A program made the translations under genes and the position numbers. A DNA stretch of 64,000 nucleotides from an uncultured Actinomycetota bacterium (lineage in GTDB: Bacteria; Actinomycetota; Actinomycetes; Streptosporangiales; Streptosporangiaceae), in the NCBI GenBank assembly GCA_963805805.1, contig CAWDVS010000026.1, positions 187,333-251,332 of the forward strand, written 5' to 3'. The notes under the pieces are model-generated. The model did no database searches and had not been told where the DNA came from. It saw only the letters and a list, made by a program, of their open reading frames with translations. This document shows, piece after piece, positions 1 to 10,090 of the stretch (its first letter is position 1; the number at the start of each line of letters is the position of its first letter).

Positions 1-2
1 CC

Positions 3-1118
3 CGCTGGCCCGACGCCGAACTCGTCGGCGACTTCTCGCAGGGCGTGCAGGAAGAGGTGATGCGCGAACTCGCCCGCTACTGGGGGACAGATTATGATTT
101 GCGGAGGTATGAGAAGAGGCTGAGCGCCCTGCCGAACTTCATCACCGAGATCGACGGGCTGGACATTCACTTCATCCACGTCCGGTCACCCCACGAGAAC
201 GCGCTGCCGGTCATCATCACGCACGGATGGCCCGGCTCGGTCATCGAGCTGCTGAACGTCATCGACCCGCTCACCGACCCGACTGCGCACGGCGGGAGCG
301 CGGCGGACGCCTTCGACGTGGTCATCCCGTCGATGCCGGGCTACGGGTTCTCTGGCAAGCCGCGAGATCTCGGCTGGGACCCCGACCATCTGGCCCGTGC
401 CTGGGACGTGCTGATGCACCGCCTCGGCTACACGCGGTATGTAGCGCAAGGCGGCGACTGGGGCGCGGTCATCACCGACCTCATGGGCGTGCAGGCACCT
501 CCCGGCCTGGTCGGCATCCACAGCAACATGGCGGGTGTCGTTCCGCCGGACGTTGCGACGGCGCTGGCGCAGAACGTTCTGGGCGCTGGCGGCCCGCCGC
601 CACCGGGGCTGTCGGAGGAGGAAAGCAGCACGTACGAACAGCTGAACACCTTCTACCTGAGTGGCCTCGGCTACGGGGTGCAGATGGGGACGCGGCCACA
701 GACGATGTACGGCGTAGCGGACTCGCCCGTCGGCCTGGCGGCCTGGATGATCAACCACGACGCGGACAGCTACCAGGACATCGCCGCTGCCTTCGCCGGG
801 CACCCTGTCGGCGACCTGACGCGAGACCAGGTGCTCGACAACGTCACGCTCACCTGGCTGACGAACACGGGGGTTTCTTCTGCCCGGCTGTACTGGGAAA
901 ACAAGGTCGGCTTCTTCGACGTCAAGAACGTGTCCGTCCCGGCGGCCGTGAGCACCTTCGCGCACGAGATCTACAAGGTTCCCCGCAGTTGGGCCGAGCG
1001 CGCGTATCCGAACCTCAACTACTTCAACGAACTCGACCGGGGCAACCACTTCGCCGCCTGGCAAGAGCCAGCTCTGTTCGCCGACGAGCTGCGCGCCGCG
1101 TTCCGGTCACTGCGGTAG
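3..1118 (+). CDS. epoxide hydrolase, alpha/beta-hydrolase fold (5' end outside window)
   Basis: The frame is open from the window edge (RWPDAELVGDFSQGV... lies upstream of the first Met at 45). It carries IDGLDIHFIHVRS, the HGWPGS oxyanion motif and a GGDWG Asp-nucleophile elbow. Confidence 0.85.
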   Translation, partial: RWPDAELVGDFSQGVQEEVMRELARYWGTDYDLRRYEKRLSALPNFITEIDGLDIHFIHVRSPHENALPVIITHGWPGSVIELLNVIDPLTDPTAHGGSAADAFDVVIPSMPGYGFSGKPRDLGWDPDHLARAWDVLMHRLGYTRYVAQGGDWGAVITDLMGVQAPPGLVGIHSNMAGVVPPDVATALAQNVLGAGGPPPPGLSEEESSTYEQLNTFYLSGLGYGVQMGTRPQTMYGVADSPVGLAAWMINHDADSYQDIAAAFAGHPVGDLTRDQVLDNVTLTWLTNTGVSSARLYWENKVGFFDVKNVSVPAAVSTFAHEIYKVPRSWAERAYPNLNYFNELDRGNHFAAWQEPALFADELRAAFRSLR

Positions 1119-1230
1119 CCCTGCGTACCTCCCTGTCCCGGCGGATCCGGGTGCCTTCAATCCGGGGCTCCCGGCCCGCCGGGCCGCACAGCGTTGTCCC
1201 GGAATCCGAGCTCTCCACGAGGGATCTGCC

Positions 1231-2248
1231 ATGACCGCACGCTCGCCGGCACCCGCCGGACTACACCCGTCGTCGGCCCCGCTCCCGGTCGAGGGCATGC
1301 TGCCGTCCTTCGACGGTGCGACCGGATGGCTCAACTCGCCGCCGCTAACCGCGGCCGGCCTGAACGGCAAGATCGTTCTCGTCAACTTCTGGACGTACAC
1401 GTGCGTCAACTGGCTCCGCCAGCTCCCCTATATCCGCGCCTGGGCCGACAAGTACGCCGATCACAGCCTGACCGTGATCGGGGTGCACACCCCCGAGTTC
1501 AGCTTCGAGCACGACGCCGGCAACGTCCGCCAGGCCGCGCGGGAGATGGGGATCACTTACCCGGTCGCGATCGACAACGACTACGCGGTGTGGCGGGCCT
1601 TCGACAACCACTACTGGCCCGCGCTCTACGTCGCCGACACACAGGGCCGTATCCGGCATCATCACTTCGGCGAGGGCGAATATCCGCAGTCGGAGCTGGT
1701 GATCCAGCAACTACTGGTCGAGGCAGGAACGACCGACCATGATCATGAGCTCGTGTCGGTCGACGCCGGCAGGCGTGGAGGCTCCGGCCGACTGGGCCAG
1801 CCTGCGGTCAGCGGAGAACTACACCGGCTACGAGCGCACCGAGGGCTTCGCGTCTCCCGGCGGTCCGGTGCGAGGCACGCAACATGCCTACGACGCCCCG
1901 CCGCGGCTCGCGCTCAATCAGTGGGCACTGTCGGGAGCGGCGACCATGGGGCGGGAGGCGACCACGCTCGGCGCGCCCGGGCAACTCAGCCACCGTTTCC
2001 ACGCCCGCGACCTCAACCTGGTGATGGGGCTGGCCGCACCACAGACTCCTGTGCGATTCCGCGTGGGAATCGACGGACAGCCACCCGGCGAGGCGCACGG
2101 GTCCGACACCGATGGCGACGGCAACGGCACGCTCACACAGCAGCGGGTGTACCAGCTCATCCGCCAGCCCGGCCCCGTCACCGACCGCACCTTCGAGATC
2201 ACCTTCCTCGATCCGGGCGCCCAGGTCTACTGCTTCACCTTCGGCTAG
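1231..2248 (+). pseudogene. thioredoxin-like/redoxin protein with DipZ-type C-terminal domain, frame-disrupted near 1770
   Basis: The redoxin domain is in frame 1 (KIVLVNFWTYTCVNWLRQLPY; the usual CxxC reads CVNW). The C-terminal domain continues in frame 2 (GVEAPADWASLRSAENYTGYERTEGF...YCFTFG*). The two frames join cleanly if one base is removed at about 1769-1772. Confidence 0.7.
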
Positions 2249-2291
2249 ACCGCAGCCTCGGGTGCCATCGGCCGGAAGCTGTGCGTGCACG

Positions 2292-2879
2292 TCAGGATCC
2301 GCAGAGCTCGACCAGCCTGCTGACCGTGATCCAGTTGCGCGCTGTTCCGGCCACGGCGGCCGACGTCGGTCCGCCCGTCCTGGCCAGCATGCGGCGCAAC
2401 TCGCTCTGCGGATATCCGTCCGGCGTGTGCAGGTAGACCGTCCGGCCGAGCACCATCGCCCCGTCCCGGCTGCCCTCAGCCCGCACGTGCCGCTCTGCGC
2501 GTGCGACCCAGGCGGCCATACCGGGTCCGGGTACCTCGGGCAGGAACACCGCGTGCAGCAGCTTGGGATTGCTCTCACCGGGATATGGATTGTCGCGGTA
2601 GCAGCGCGCCAGTTCCTGCCGGGAAAGCACTACGGCGCGGACGTGTACTCCAGTCCCGTCCGCGATGGCTCGCTCGAGGTCAGCGGCTAGCGCCGCAGCG
2701 TCTGTTCCAGGCGTCGAGCCGACTTCCAGATGAGGACTGAATAGCACGTTTCCGCTCTGGATATACGTCACCACCTCGGTATGGCCGAGGGAAGTCAGCA
2801 GCGCCCGGAGATCAGCCATCGCGACCTTCCTGCCGCCGAGGTTGTTGACTCCGCGCAGCAACAGGACGTGAGTCGGCAT
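2292..2879 (-). CDS. DUF1697 family protein
   Basis: The protein starts MPTHVLLLRGVNNLGGRKVAMADLRALL... and continues ...YIQSGNVLF, a typical DUF1697 N-terminus. The ATG is at 2879. The longer 263-aa ORF upstream has no protein-like character. Confidence 0.7.
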   Translation of the reverse strand: MPTHVLLLRGVNNLGGRKVAMADLRALLTSLGHTEVVTYIQSGNVLFSPHLEVGSTPGTDAAALAADLERAIADGTGVHVRAVVLSRQELARCYRDNPYPGESNPKLLHAVFLPEVPGPGMAAWVARAERHVRAEGSRDGAMVLGRTVYLHTPDGYPQSELRRMLARTGGPTSAAVAGTARNWITVSRLVELCGS

Positions 2880-2990
2880 GCCAGCATCATGTAAGCGGAA
2901 AACGAATCCCGCCTGATACTTCGGGCTTTCGATCGGGATCGGCGTCCCTTCAGGACGCGAGCCATGAGTCTCTGCCGATAGGAGAACGAG

Positions 2991-3584
2991 ATGCGAGTGG
3001 TGGCGAGCGAGTACGTCAGCCTCGACGGCGTGGTGCAGGCCCCCGGCGGCCAGCAGGAAGACACAAGCGGCGGGTTCCGGCACGGCGGCTGGTCGCTGCC
3101 CTTCTTCGATCCCGAGGTCATGGGCGCAGTCGTCGGCGAATTCGCGGAGCGGAGCGAGGCGCTGCTCCAGGGTCGGCGCACGTACCAGGTCTCGGCCACG
3201 GCGTGGCCAGAGCGCGGCGGTGACCGCTTCTCCGACTGGATCAACGCGGCTCAGAAGTACGTCGTCTCGGACACCCTGACGGAGGCGGAACTGACCTGGG
3301 GACCGGCGTCGCTGATCCGCGGGGCCGACCTGACCACGAGCATGGCAGAATTGCGCGACCGGCCCGGCGCAGACATCTTCGTCTACGGCAGCCTCTCAGT
3401 CGTCCGGGCGTTGCTGGCCGCCGGACTCGTCGACGAGCTGGTCCTGATGATCGAGCCGATCACGCTGGGCGGCGGCAAGACGCTCTTCCCGGCCGACGGT
3501 GAGGCGCGGCGGTTCAAGCTGATCTCCGCGGCGACGGCCGCTACCGGCGTGCAGGTCTGCCGGTACGGGCCAGTCCGAAGCTGA
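2991..3584 (+). CDS. dihydrofolate reductase family protein (RibD C-terminal domain type)
   Basis: The sequence MRVVASEYVSLDGVVQAPGG...FVYGSLSVVRALLAAGLVDELVLMIEPITLGGGKTLF matches this family. The ATG is preceded by GGAGAA. Confidence 0.75.
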   Translation: MRVVASEYVSLDGVVQAPGGQQEDTSGGFRHGGWSLPFFDPEVMGAVVGEFAERSEALLQGRRTYQVSATAWPERGGDRFSDWINAAQKYVVSDTLTEAELTWGPASLIRGADLTTSMAELRDRPGADIFVYGSLSVVRALLAAGLVDELVLMIEPITLGGGKTLFPADGEARRFKLISAATAATGVQVCRYGPVRS

Positions 3585-3595
3585 AACACGTACAG

Positions 3596-4543
3596 GTGGA
3601 ACTTGTGACAAACACTGGCACGATCGACTTCGTTACCGGCGCACCCACCAGCCCGGATCTCGATGTTCGCTGGATCCACGGCTCCCGGTCCGCGCGCCGC
3701 GGCACTGACCCGCCGATCCAGATCCACGCCTGCGACCCGCACACCTACATCCTGCGCCAGAGCAAGTCGGTCAATTTCGAGGCGCCGTTCCTCTACCTTT
3801 TCTTCGGCAACGACCACGCGCTGCTGCTCGACACCGGCGCGACCAGCGAGCCGGCGAAGTTCCCGCTGCGCGCCACCGTCGATGACCTGATGGGGCGATG
3901 GCTCACTGAGCACGATCGCCCCGGCTATGAACTAGTGGTTCTGCACACTCATGGCCACGGCGATCATGTCGCGGGTGACGCGCAGTTCGCCGGCCGGCCG
4001 GGTACCACGGTGGTGCCGCGCGACGTGGAAGCGGTGCAGGAATACCTTGCACTTCACCAGCTGGCCTGACAGGTAATTGAGCTCGATCTCGGCGGGCGGG
4101 TCCTCTCGGTTACCGGCATCCCCGGGCATCAGGCCGCGTCTATCGCGATCTACGACCCGTGGACCGGCTTCCTGCTCACCGGCGACACCGTCTATCCAGG
4201 CCGGCTGTATGTGAAAGAGATGGCCGAGTTCACCGCGAGCCTCGATCGCCTCGCGAGTCTGGCCGCGGCCCGGCCGGTCACGCACGTCATGGGCTGTCAC
4301 ATCGAGATGACGACCAAGGCGGGACGTGACTACCCGGTCGGAACTCGCTACCAGCCGGACGAGCCCCCGCTGCAGATGACCGTCGCCCAGCTGACCGCTG
4401 TGCGCGACGCCGCTGCCGACGTGGCGGCGCGGCCAGGCGCGTACTACTACGACGACTTCGCGATCTTCAACGGACCCTGCACCGGCGCGGTCCTGCGGCA
4501 GGTTGCGCGCCGCTTCGGGCGACGGCTCACCGGCCGGGCCTGA
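3596..4543 (+). pseudogene. MBL-fold metallo-hydrolase interrupted by an in-frame TGA at 4067-4069
   Basis: The THGHGDHVAG (HxHxDH) zinc motif lies in the 5' ORF. The same frame continues after the TGA with ELDLGGRVLSVTGIPGHQAAS...LLTGDTVYPG...MGCHIEM, which are later MBL motifs. Confidence 0.75.
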
Positions 4544-4597
4544 GCCCGCTTACCCGAGCGCACCGGGGTATCCCACACCGCGAGGATCCGCGGGCGG

Positions 4598-5473
4598 CTA
4601 GCGCGAGCGGCTGACGGACAGCACGCCGCAGCAGACCAGCGCGGCGCCGGCTAGCTGCAGCAGGTTCGGCCGCTGATGCAGGACCATCGCGGCCAGCACC
4701 AGCGCCACCGCGGGCTGCAGGAGCAGCAGCAGCGCCGAAAGGGACGCGGGCAGGCTGGGCAATGACGACGTGATCAGCAGCCAGCCGGCGACCTGGACGA
4801 TCAGCGCCAGCAGCAGCAGCCACCACACCGACCGCCACGGCAGCGCGAGGTGGAGGCCGCCGGACACCAGCCCGAACAACAGCGCGCCCGCGGCCGCTCC
4901 CGCCGTGACGTCGAAGAGCTGGCCGGCCACGTGCCCCGTCCCGCCGCCGGTCTGCCGGATCATCAGGAGGAAGCCGGCGTACGCGGCGCTGGCCGCCAGC
5001 GCGTAGGCGACGCCGCCGGCCGGATCAGGTCCGGTGCTGCTCCCGCCGAGAAGGCCCGAGACGAGCACGACGCCGGCCAGGACCACCGGGAGCGCGAGCA
5101 GGTAGCGGCGATCCGGCCGCTCGCGCAGCACGGTCCACGCCAGCACCGCGACGAACGGCAGGTACAGGCTGCCGATCACCGTCGAAACGCCGGCCCCGGC
5201 GTCGGTGATGACATGGTTGAACAGCACGAGATCCACCGACAGAAACAGCCCGGCGAGCACCGCGTAGCCACGGGTAGCGGCGGTCGGGCGGCCGCGGCGG
5301 CGCCGCTCGAAGAGCGCCAGCACGGCCAGGACCGGCAGCGCGAACACGCAACGGTAGACCGCGGTCGGCACCGGCCCGGAGTTCGCGAGCGCGACCAGGA
5401 TCGGCATCGGCGCGGTGCAGGCGGCGCCGAGGATCGCGTGCGCGGCCGGCCGCCGTGCCGGTGACTGCGCCAT
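4598..5473 (-). CDS. EamA/DMT family transporter (paralog of 9098-10090)
   Basis: The protein is polytopic and hydrophobic. It aligns block by block with the second EamA copy (YRCVFALPVLAVLA.../YAVLAGLFLSVDLVL.../LSALLLLLQPA). The start is taken at MAQSPARRPAA and is uncertain. Confidence 0.75.
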   Translation of the reverse strand: MAQSPARRPAAHAILGAACTAPMPILVALANSGPVPTAVYRCVFALPVLAVLALFERRRRGRPTAATRGYAVLAGLFLSVDLVLFNHVITDAGAGVSTVIGSLYLPFVAVLAWTVLRERPDRRYLLALPVVLAGVVLVSGLLGGSSTGPDPAGGVAYALAASAAYAGFLLMIRQTGGGTGHVAGQLFDVTAGAAAGALLFGLVSGGLHLALPWRSVWWLLLLALIVQVAGWLLITSSLPSLPASLSALLLLLQPAVALVLAAMVLHQRPNLLQLAGAALVCCGVLSVSRSR

Positions 5474-5729
5474 CGGAGCTGGCCGGGACTGCAGGGCCTG
5501 GCCGGGCACGCTTGCTGTCAGAGTCAACTCGCTTTCAGGTTCCGGCCCGCCCGTGAACGCATCAACGCACCAGCTCACCGGTGCGCCAGCCCACCGGTCC
5601 GCCAGGCCACCGGCTCGCCGCCGGCGGGCGACGGCTACCGAGTGACGCGCCGTTTCATGCTATATGTCACCAGCGTCCCCGTCGGATTCGTTCAAGACCC
5701 GCACCGCGAACGGCTGGCATGGTGGGGAC

Positions 5730-6150
5730 ATGGCCAGAGAATCCAGGCACATCGCGCAGTGGATCGAGCGACCCGCGGCCGACGGTCTACGCCTACGCGG
5801 CGGACCCCGCCAACCTGCCGGCATGGGCGCCCGGCCTCGGCAGTTCGGTCGAGAACGTCGCCGGGACGTGGTTCGTCGAGACGGATATGGGCCGCGTCGG
5901 CGTCGCCTTCGCTCCCGCCAACGTGTTCGGCATCCTCGATCACGACGTGACGCTGCCATCCGGAGAGGTGGTCAGCAACCCGGTGCGGGTGATCGCCGAC
6001 GGCGCCGACTGCGAGGTGGTCTTCACGCTCCGTCGTCCGCCGGGAATGAGCGACGCGGAGTTCGAGCGGGACGCGGCCGCCGTCAGCAGCGACCTGCGCA
6101 GGCTCGCGCAGATCCTGGAAGATCGCGCACAGCAGGCGGCCCGGACATGA
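5730..6150 (+). pseudogene. SRPBCC (START/polyketide-cyclase-like) family protein, frame-disrupted near 5784
   Basis: The N-terminus MARESRHIAQWIERPAAD is in frame 3. It continues as VYAYAADPANLPAWAPGLG... in frame 1. There is one extra base at the GAC-G-GTC junction. Confidence 0.6.
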
Positions 6151-6153
6151 TCA

Positions 6154-6185
6154 GGGCCGGGCCGGCGCATTCGCCGGCCCGGCCC
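6154..6185. terminator. GC-rich hairpin between convergent genes
   Basis: GGGCCGGGCCGGCG-catt-CGCCGGCCCGGCCC forms a perfect 14-bp stem. It lies between the stop at 6150 (+) and the stop at 6215 (-). Confidence 0.55.
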
Positions 6186-6214
6186 GATGACCAAGCGCTG
6201 AGGTCAGCCCGGTA

Positions 6215-7241
6215 TCAGAAGCCGGAATCCCAGAGCGCGTAGAACTGGCCGTCATGACGCGGGGCCACGACTGGGCACTGGTTGGGCGTGACCTGCAGCA
6301 GCGTTCCTGGTCGCTGCGTCTGGCCCACACAGTCGAGGTAATAGGAGTCGGTGTCGTCGTTCATCGAGATGTTGAAGACGGAACCGTTGAAGCCCTGGAT
6401 GCTGGACGAGACGCCGCCAGCGACCAGGTTGCCGCGGGTGAATCCGGTCGACGTGAAGTCGGCCAGCGGCAGGATCTGGACACCGAAGTCCGGCAGCGAC
6501 GGCCGGCCGCTCAATGATCCACTCAGCGCTCGAGTCGACGCAGGTGGTCGCCGCGCACGTCTGCGAGACCGAGAAGCTCTCCTGCGGGCGGGTGTGGTCG
6601 GTGAGCTTGAGGACGTAGTTGTTGTTGCCGCCGGTGCCCGGCGTGACCGTCACCGACGCGCTGACCCGGTCGCCCGGCTCGGGGCAGTTCACGTTGTTGT
6701 TGATGCACGCGGTCGTGCCTTCTTCGACCGTGCCGGCCGGGTACATCTCGTACCACACGTAGTAGTACTCAACGCCCTCGAAGCACTGGGTGGCAGTGCC
6801 GAGCTGTTCCACCGTGCCGTTGGTGAGGCCGTCGATGCCGACCCAGTTCGCGAGGAACGCATCCTGGTTCTGATACGGCCGCGGCAGGCACCGGACCGCC
6901 GGGATCGTCCAGTCACCGCTGGCGGAGGTGACTGTCTTGCCCGCCGTGGTCTCCGAGTCGGCGAAGCCGGACCAGTTCACGCTCGGCATCGAGGACACGG
7001 TGCCGTTCTTCGTCTTGACGGTCGTGGAGTGCTTGACGCCGGGCGAGACCCAGCCGCCCTTCTGCACCATTGTCGAGTGAGCGGACATGGTCTTCACGAA
7101 ATTGGATCTTGCCTGGGCGACGACCGCTGCGCTCGGCGCCCTGCCGCTGGCAGTGACACCCTGCGGGGCGCTTTGCACCACGACTGCGGCTAGCGAAAGC
7201 CCGAGTACCGCTACGCCAGATTTTGCAAGCAGGCCCTTCAT
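6215..7241 (-). pseudogene. secreted peptidase G1 (eqolisin/glutamic peptidase, Pfam Peptidase_A4-like), frame-disrupted near 6500
   Basis: It has a signal peptide (MKGLLAKSGVAVLGLSLAAVVV) and the family motifs NWSGFA, ANWVGIDG...VEQLGT and SAEWIIERP. The C-terminus (SLPDFGVQILPLADF...ALWDSGF*) is in another frame. Confidence 0.7.
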
Positions 7242-7625
7242 GCAATGTCCTTTCTTTTCGCTCGCTAACGACAATAGGCCAGTTAGCACGACCGCGTAGT
7301 GGAGTCATCTGACCGGTCAGGGAACGGGGCAGTTCGCCACCAGCCGTCGTCCGGGGGGCGGGTCCCAGCCCGTTCCCCGGTTCAGCCGCGAGCGACCGGG
7401 GCGGCGCGACACGCCGGTGCTGGTTTTGGTAAATCGAGCGCCACGACGGCCGAATCCGGTGCATCGTGAGTGGCGATAGCACCGAGCGTGCATGGTGTGT
7501 TACGAACAGTGACTCTCTTCGGACCCTGATCCCGTCCGGCACCGGCACGTGGCTGGTCGCGTCGTGCCGACCAGCACATGGTGATGGCCGCTGCGCCAAG
7601 GTAGCGCCCGATCCGAAGGCTCGCC

Positions 7626-8507
7626 GTGTCCAGAACCACTGGCCTGCACCGGAAGGCAACCGTCACTTCGCTCGCCGCACCGGGCGCGCATCGAACGAAC
7701 CGGTTACCAGGCCGACCGGGCACCCGCACCGCAGTCGCCAGGACCGTCGTCGGCGTAACCCTCGCCGTCGCGACGGCCGCCGCGGCGATCTCACTCCGCG
7801 GTTTCCTGCCCGCCCAGAGCGCACACGCGCAGACGGGCCCGGCGGCTGCGCGTGGCCCGGCGCCGCAGCCCGTGCGCTTTGACCTGGCTACCGCTCGGCC
7901 GAACGCAGGATCGGCGGGCCAGCCCGACCTCGCCGTGGGTGCCCGGCGCAGCCAGCCGCAGCGCAAGCAGCGCCGCCGGCCCCCGGTGTACCGCAACCCG
8001 CTGCGCGCGGTCTCCGGCCTCGTACTGGAGCGAGTCGACATGGGCGCGGACTTCGCTGGCTCCGGTCCCGTCTACGCGATCGGCCATGCGGTCATCACGA
8101 ACGCCTCGGCCGACAACGACGGCTGGCCCGGCGACGGCTGGATCACCTACGAGCTCACCGCGGGCCCGGCCCGCGGCCTGGAGGTCTACCTGGCCGAGGA
8201 CGTCAGGCCCGCGGTCCGGGTTGGCCAGCGCGTGACCTCGGCCACGATGATCGGCCGCATGTTCAATGGCGGTGACGGCATCGAAACCGGCTGGGCGATG
8301 CCGGACGGCCAGTCCGCCGAGTCGCAGCTGCCCGTCGCGGGCGGCATCAGCGGCGGCGGGCCGTTCCCCACCAGCGTCGGGCTGGACTTCGACCGGCTGC
8401 TGCAGGCGCTCGGGGTGCGACCCGCGCCCAACAGCGGCGAGCCGGGGTACGGCATCCTCCCGGCGTTCTATCCCAAGAACTGGGGCTCGGTCCGGGTCAC
8501 GAAGTAG
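7626..8507 (+). CDS. secreted/membrane-anchored protein with degenerate LytM (M23)-like domain
   Basis: It has a GTG start and a TM/signal segment (VVGVTLAVATAAAAISL). The region ERVDMGADFAGSGPVYAIGHAVITNA...VGQRVTSATMIGRM follows the M23 fold pattern, but the HxxxD and HxH metal ligands are not evident. Confidence 0.45.
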   Translation: MSRTTGLHRKATVTSLAAPGAHRTNRLPGRPGTRTAVARTVVGVTLAVATAAAAISLRGFLPAQSAHAQTGPAAARGPAPQPVRFDLATARPNAGSAGQPDLAVGARRSQPQRKQRRRPPVYRNPLRAVSGLVLERVDMGADFAGSGPVYAIGHAVITNASADNDGWPGDGWITYELTAGPARGLEVYLAEDVRPAVRVGQRVTSATMIGRMFNGGDGIETGWAMPDGQSAESQLPVAGGISGGGPFPTSVGLDFDRLLQALGVRPAPNSGEPGYGILPAFYPKNWGSVRVTK

Positions 8508-9099
8508 CGGCGGCCTGCTTGCGGGCCCGGTACGCGGCTACGTGCAGGCGGTTGCCGCAGGTCCGGCTGTCGCAGTACCGGCGCGACCGGTTCCTGGACA
8601 GGTCGACGAAGACGTCGTTGCAGGCCGGGGACTCGCAGCTGTGGACGCGCCCGGCCTGCCCGGCGACGACGAGCCAGGCCAGGCCCATAGCGAAGTGCGC
8701 CGCCATGCGGTTGGCGAGCGGCACGTCCAGCCTGGACACGTGGATGTGCGGACCGCGACCGTCGTGCGAGGCGATCTGCGGGCTCGCGCCGGTCTGGGCC
8801 AGCAGCGCGTTCAGCCGCTCGATGGCGGCGTCCAGATCGCCGGCCTCGCACGCGATGGCGATCTCGTTGAGCTGAGTGCGGTAGCGGCGCAGCAAGGTCA
8901 CGTCGCGTGGCCCGGCCGGCAACCCGGCGAACGCGTACCGGTCTGCGAACGACTGGATCGCCTCGACGTCGTCGAGCTGAGCGCCGTCAGCAGACCGGCC
9001 CGAGTTGATGAGTTCGGTGCACCCGGCCATGGCTTCGAGCTGGTCAGCATCAAAGAGCCTTTGACTACTGTCAGCCGGGCGGCCTAGAGTATTACTCAT
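8497..9099 (-). CDS. CGNR zinc-finger (ABATE domain) putative regulator
   Basis: The C-terminus reads CESPACNDVFVDLSRNRSRRYCDSRTCGNRLHVAAYRARK. The ATG at 9099 shares the tetranucleotide CATG with the divergent gene. Confidence 0.8.
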   Translation of the reverse strand: MSNTLGRPADSSQRLFDADQLEAMAGCTELINSGRSADGAQLDDVEAIQSFADRYAFAGLPAGPRDVTLLRRYRTQLNEIAIACEAGDLDAAIERLNALLAQTGASPQIASHDGRGPHIHVSRLDVPLANRMAAHFAMGLAWLVVAGQAGRVHSCESPACNDVFVDLSRNRSRRYCDSRTCGNRLHVAAYRARKQAAATS

Positions 9100-10090
9100 G
9101 TCAGTACCGTACGACGAAACAGTCCTGACATCCACTGCATCCGGCCCGCCGCCCGCGCGGGCCGCCGGGAGTCGCCCGGCGGTCCGCGCCGCGCTGGGCG
9201 CCGCGTGCATTTCCTCGTCGGCGATCCTGGTGACGCTGGCGCACGTCGGCCCCGCAACGACCGCGTTCTACCGGTGCGCGCTGGCGCTGCCCGCGCTGAT
9301 CCCGCTCGCGGTCGCCGAACAGCGCCGCCGCGGCAGCCGGCCGCTGGAGAACCGCCTCTATGCCGTGCTGGCGGGCCTGTTCCTGGCGGTTGACCTGGTG
9401 CTGTGGAATCACTCGATCGCCGATGTCGGCGCCGGGGTCGCGACCGTGCTCGGCAACCTGCAGGTGCTGTTCGTGGCGGTGCTGGCCTGGCTGGTCCTGA
9501 AGGAACGGCCGGCCCGCCGGTTCGTCACCATGCTGCCCGTTGTCTTCGTCGGCGTCGTCCTGGTGTCGGGGGCCGTCGGCGGCACGAAGGTCGGGCTGGA
9601 CCCGGCCGCTGGCATCGGATTCGGCCTCGCGACGTCCGCCACCTACGCGGTGTTCCTGCTGCTGATGCGGCAGAAGGCCGGACCCGGCGGGCACGTAGCC
9701 GGCCCGCTGGCGGACGCCACCGCGGGCTCAGCGGTCGGCGCGCTGGTGCTGGGCTTCGCGTTCGGCGGGTTCCAGTTCCACCTGCCGTGGGCGTCGTTCG
9801 GCTGGCTGCTCACGCTGGCCCTGCTCAGCCAGACCGGCGGCTGGTTGCTCATCACGTCGTCGCTGCCGAAACTGCCCGCCGCGCTGTCCTCGCTACTGCT
9901 GTTGCTGCAGCCGGCGGCGTCGATAGTGCTCGCCGCCGTCATCCTCGGCCAGCGGCCGACGTTGGTCCAGATCGCGGGCGCGGTCCTCGTGTGTGCCGGG
10001 GTACTGGCCGTGGCCTGGGTGCGGTCCGTGCGCGGCTCGCCGCCGGCTGACCGCATCCGGCCTCAGCCGGTCACCGCGAACAGGACGTAG
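9098..10090 (+). CDS. EamA/DMT family transporter
   Basis: The ten-TM-like hydrophobic profile is paralogous to 4598-5473. The start codon assignment is uncertain. Confidence 0.75.
   Translation: MSVPYDETVLTSTASGPPPARAAGSRPAVRAALGAACISSSAILVTLAHVGPATTAFYRCALALPALIPLAVAEQRRRGSRPLENRLYAVLAGLFLAVDLVLWNHSIADVGAGVATVLGNLQVLFVAVLAWLVLKERPARRFVTMLPVVFVGVVLVSGAVGGTKVGLDPAAGIGFGLATSATYAVFLLLMRQKAGPGGHVAGPLADATAGSAVGALVLGFAFGGFQFHLPWASFGWLLTLALLSQTGGWLLITSSLPKLPAALSSLLLLLQPAASIVLAAVILGQRPTLVQIAGAVLVCAGVLAVAWVRSVRGSPPADRIRPQPVTANRT

Noticed and set aside
4067-4069. The in-frame TGA, considered as a selenocysteine codon.
   Set aside because: No stem-loop resembling a bacterial SECIS follows the codon. 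MBL hydrolases are not known selenoproteins, and a TGG-to-TGA change is the simpler explanation.
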